Positions 61,076 through 64,000 of a DNA stretch of 64,000 nt are shown here, piece after piece; within the stretch, counting starts at the first letter, position 1; the number at the start of each line of letters is the position of its first letter. The stretch lies in NCBI RefSeq assembly GCF_051594765.1, contig NZ_JBPPGJ010000003.1:264226-328225 (forward strand), read 5' to 3'. Position numbers and translations under genes: made by a program. Under the pieces are notes generated by a model that saw only the letters and a program-made list of their open reading frames with translations, was not told the DNA's origin and searched no databases. The stretch is from Gorillibacterium sp. sgz5001074. Lineage in GTDB: Bacteria > Bacillota > Bacilli > Paenibacillales > NBRC-103111.

Positions 61076-62524
61076 CTATCTCTTGTTCGCCGGCTGTACC
61101 TTCAGTAATTTACCCTTAACTGTGGTCTCCCGCATGGTGTTAAGCACCAGCCGGCCTTTGCCGTTCAGAATATCGACGTACGAAGCATTGTCCTCTATGG
61201 TGATGATGCCAATGTCATCTGCCGTTACACCTTCGATCTTCGCAATCGTTCCCACAAAGTCAACGGCCCTGATCTTCTTCTTCTTGCCCCCGTTAAAATA
61301 CAGCTTCATAATCTCATTACCCATGACGCTGTTCTTATCGGTCTTGGGAGTGGGCCGAGCCTTCATCTTCTTCTCGAAAGCATACTGGGCCTGCTCCGCC
61401 TCTTCCTTCGAAGGAGCACTCTTCCTTGGAATTTCATGCCCTATATAGCCCTCAATACTGATAACAAACTTCTCCTCATTCGGAGTGGCGAAGGAGATTG
61501 CCTTCCCCGTCTTCCCCGCGCGGCCGGTTCGGCCGGTTCGATGCACATAGCTCTCATTCTCTAACGGAAGATCATAATTGAAGACATGAGTGATATTATC
61601 GATGTCAATGCCCCTCGCGGCTACATCCGTTGCGATCAGATAACGGAACTCGCCCCTCTTGAAGGCATTCATCACCTCGTTCCGGTTGTCCTGCTCCATC
61701 CCGCCGTGGATGCCGTCACAGCTGTACCCATGCTTGTTCAACTCCTTGAACACCACCTCTACCCGGACTTGCGTACGGCAGAAGATGATGCAGCTGTCCG
61801 GGTTCTCAACCGTCGTTACATCCCGGAGCAGCTTGAGCTTATGCTCGTCCTTCACGGTATACAAGGCATGTTCAATTTGACTCTTCGTTCTTCCCGCGGT
61901 CTCGATCTCAATATCCATTGGCTGCTTCATATACCGGTGGCATAAGCTTTCTACATCCTTGGGCAAGGTTGCAGAGAACAGCAGGGTCATCCGGTGCTTG
62001 GGCAGCTCCCGAATAATCTTCTCCACCTGCTCAATAAAGCCCATGCTGAGCATCTCATCCGCTTCATCAATAACCAGGATCTTCACTTGCTCCAAGTCGA
62101 TCGTTTGCTTCTCGATGTGGTCCATCACCCGTCCCGGCGTACCGACGACAACATGATTTTTATACGTCAACTGATCTTTCTGCCTCTCGAAAGGCTGCTT
62201 CCCATAAATCGCGATTGCCTTGATCCGCTTGTACTTCCCAATATTCATGATATCCTGCTTGACTTGGTCCGCCAGCTCCCGGGTCGGGGTTAAGATCAAG
62301 GCCTGAGGCCGGTTCTCTTCCCAGTCCACCATTTCACAGACCGGAATCCCGTAAGCAGCCGTCTTGCCGCTACCCGTATGGGATTTGACCGCCATATCCC
62401 TATTCTCCAGCGCGTGAGGGATGACTTTACTTTGAACCTCTGTCGGTTGCTCGTAGCCCAAGCTCTCCAACGCCCGGATTATGGGGTCACTTAATTTATA
62501 GCTCGTAAAGCCTCGTTCACTCAT
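61076..62524 (-). CDS. DEAD-box ATP-dependent RNA helicase with C-terminal DbpA-type RNA-binding domain
   Basis: Q motif, Walker A ([12 protein letters not shown]), DEAD (VIDEADEM), SAT, and [20 protein letters not shown]. Confidence 0.85.
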   Translation of the reverse strand: MSERGFTSYKLSDPIIRALESLGYEQPTEVQSKVIPHALENRDMAVKSHTGSGKTAAYGIPVCEMVDWEENRPQALILTPTRELADQVKQDIMNIGKYKRIKAIAIYGKQPFERQKDQLTYKNHVVVGTPGRVMDHIEKQTIDLEQVKILVIDEADEMLSMGFIEQVEKIIRELPKHRMTLLFSATLPKDVESLCHRYMKQPMDIEIETAGRTKSQIEHALYTVKDEHKLKLLRDVTTVENPDSCIIFCRTQVRVEVVFKELNKHGYSCDGIHGGMEQDNRNEVMNAFKRGEFRYLIATDVAARGIDIDNITHVFNYDLPLENESYVHRTGRTGRAGKTGKAISFATPNEEKFVISIEGYIGHEIPRKSAPSKEEAEQAQYAFEKKMKARPTPKTDKNSVMGNEIMKLYFNGGKKKKIRAVDFVGTIAKIEGVTADDIGIITIEDNASYVDILNGKGRLVLNTMRETTVKGKLLKVQPANKR

Positions 62525-62654
62525 ATAAGAACTCCTTCGTAATATCCTAGGTTATGTCGTCCACCCCTGCACTGCGTTTGTTTGCAATCATTTAGAATCA
62601 GGAAGATGACTCCTCATGATACGATAATTCCGATCGATAATCTAGCTTACTCTA

Positions 62655-63108
62655 ATGATCATCATCCCAGCTAATGAACACGCAGCAGATCAAGAGCATC
62701 ACGGTTGGTTGGACAGCTCTCACGGATTTTTCCGCCGTTTGGTCATCGTTCCGTTTCGTCGGGTGTTCAAGGGAGTGGAGGCCACAAAATGCTGCTGGAG
62801 AAGCTTTTGGAAGAACTGCCGGGCATCTTCAACTTTGCGATTGAAGGGCTTCGCCGCTTGAGAGAGCGAGACTACATCTTCTCCGAGTCCAAGGCAATCG
62901 AACAAGCGATCAACAGCTACAAGTCAGAGCAAAACCCGGTCATTTCATTCGTTGCCGACTTCGTCGAGAAGGAAATGAAAGCGACAGGGTTTGGACAAAC
63001 GAACTGTTCGACCACTTTCAAACTTGGTACAGACAGCAAGGCGAAACGGACTGCTGCGCGTTTTCACAAAAACATGCCCCTACTTATGATACGGTTCCCC
63101 CCGGTTGA
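62655..63108 (+). pseudogene. remnant of a phage/plasmid P4-family primase-helicase (C-terminal D5/primase-C region), N-terminally truncated, at least 2 frameshifts
   Basis: Frame a reads ..FRRLVIVPFRRVF. Frame b reads LLEKLLEELPGIFNFAIEGLRRLRERDYIFSESKAIEQAINSYKSEQNPVISFVADFVE. Frame c reads ELFDHFQTWYRQQGE. Together these match the conserved C-terminal pattern of P4-type primases. It ends exactly at the rlmH att core. Confidence 0.55.
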
Positions 63109-63559
63109 TCTTAAACGCCCGGTACACCTGCTCCACCAGGATCAGCCGCATGAGCTGATGCGGGAAGGTCATGCGCCCGAAGCAGAGCTTGGCGTCGGCG
63201 CGCTTGAGCACGGACGGGGCCAGGCCATTGGAGCCGCCGATGACGAAGGCCACGCTGGAGCGGCCGTACGTGCCGAGGCGGTCCAGCTGGGACGCCAGCT
63301 CCTCGGACGTCCACATGGCCCCGTCCAGCGCCAGCGCGATGACGTAAGCGTCCGGCTTCAGCTGGGCCAGGATCCGCTCGCCCTCCTTGGCCTTCACCTG
63401 CTCCTCCTCCGCCGCGCTCATGGTCTCGGGAGCCTTCTCATCCGGGACTTCGTTCAGCTGCACCTTCGCATAAGGCCCCAGCCGCTTCACATATTCGGCA
63501 ATGCCGTCCAACAGGTACTTCTCCTTCAGCTTACCGACCGCTACGATCTGGATATGCAT
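63080..63559 (-). CDS. rlmH: 23S rRNA (pseudouridine1915-N3)-methyltransferase RlmH
   Basis: The 159-aa SPOUT-family protein [82 protein letters not shown]. The track ORF start at 63691 is an upstream junk extension. Confidence 0.85.
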   Translation of the reverse strand: MHIQIVAVGKLKEKYLLDGIAEYVKRLGPYAKVQLNEVPDEKAPETMSAAEEEQVKAKEGERILAQLKPDAYVIALALDGAMWTSEELASQLDRLGTYGRSSVAFVIGGSNGLAPSVLKRADAKLCFGRMTFPHQLMRLILVEQVYRAFKINRGEPYHK

Positions 63560-63626
63560 CGATTGCCGCTCCCTTGTCTTCTCCTTATCGTCTATCCTAT
63601 CATCATCGGCCCCCTCCGGCGGAGGA

Positions 63627-64000
63627 TTAGGCCGACAGCTTCTTGCCTTCAACCGGCGTCCTGCTGCCCCGGAACAAGGAGCGAACGGCACTCCACACCG
63701 CCTGATACAGCACAGACAGATATAGCGACGCCAACAGGCTGAAGAAGAAGGCCAGCCCGGTGAACAGGATGTAATTCTTCGGGCCGCCCATGGGCTTCAT
63801 GGAGTACTTGTACAGCGTCAGGAATGCCGGATGCAGCAGGTAGACGCCGAAGGAATGGCGGCTCACCTTTTGGACCCGGGCATAGAAGGGGCTTGTCCGC
63901 GCGGAGAGCGCCTGTCCCCACCGGAGCAGGAACAGACTCAGGAAGAACACATTCCCCAGCGTAGCCACCTCGAACCACGTATTCTCGAAGAAGACATGGC
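63627..64000 (-). CDS. membrane acyltransferase-family protein, C-terminal part (start beyond right edge)
   Basis: The reading frame stays open to position 64000. Hydrophobic C-terminal helices ([23 protein letters not shown]). The family call is tentative. Confidence 0.4.
   Translation of the reverse strand, partial: HVFFENTWFEVATLGNVFFLSLFLLRWGQALSARTSPFYARVQKVSRHSFGVYLLHPAFLTLYKYSMKPMGGPKNYILFTGLAFFFSLLASLYLSVLYQAVWSAVRSLFRGSRTPVEGKKLSA

Noticed and set aside
60909-61448. 179-aa plus-strand ORF overlapping the helicase 3-prime end
   Set aside because: Antisense to a strongly supported DEAD-box helicase CDS. Hydrophobic, low-complexity translation.
62560-62600. ATGATACG 8-mer upstream of the helicase gene, resembling the att core
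   Set aside because: Only 8 nt match. A specific 8-mer is expected by chance a couple of times in 128 kb of two strands, and the flanks do not match the att copies.
62705-63742. 345-aa plus-strand ORF spanning rlmH
   Set aside because: Only its first roughly 110 codons carry real signal (the primase remnant). The remainder is the antisense of rlmH, with Arg/Leu/Gln-rich junk typical of GC-rich antisense frames.

Overview
This 64 kb window looks like a Paenibacillus-type Firmicute chromosome (about 50-55% GC, an SLH-anchored enzyme, YesMN-like regulators, many AraC/TetR/MerR genes), and much of it is accessory and mosaic. Everything below was read from the sequence by eye, so coordinates I re-indexed myself may be off by one. 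Left to right the window holds: a partial acyl-CoA dehydrogenase; a block of small-molecule stress and xenobiotic genes with their regulators (WYL, AlkZ-like, epoxide hydrolase, TetR, LysR, SDRs, MerR, aldo-keto reductase, an EamA-type transporter); a rhamnogalacturonan-utilisation locus; a glycine-riboswitch-controlled CycA-like permease; a 3.4 kb low-GC insertion encoding a four-gene SPFH cluster; a long stretch of regulators, small enzymes, an ABC-F ATPase and decayed gene fragments; and, at the right end, rlmH on the minus strand. The rhamnogalacturonan locus has a 1657-aa SLH-anchored PL11 lyase, an AraC regulator, a YesM/YesN-like two-component pair and an ABC sugar importer. The SPFH cluster contains a Band-7/SPFH protein with double zinc ribbons, a zinc-ribbon plus TPR-like protein and two membrane proteins. 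The most interesting structure: the last codons of rlmH (GAACCGTATCATAAGTAG, encoding EPYHK-stop) recur twice further downstream of the gene. They delimit two tandem inserted segments, one of 2.3 kb (DEAD-box helicase plus a frameshifted primase fragment) and one of 7.3 kb (efflux and regulator cargo). The core closely matches, as I recall it, the staphylococcal SCCmec integration-site sequence in orfX/rlmH. This points to an SCC-like, probably Ccr-type serine-recombinase-driven island array at rlmH in a non-staphylococcal host. No recombinase gene is in the window.
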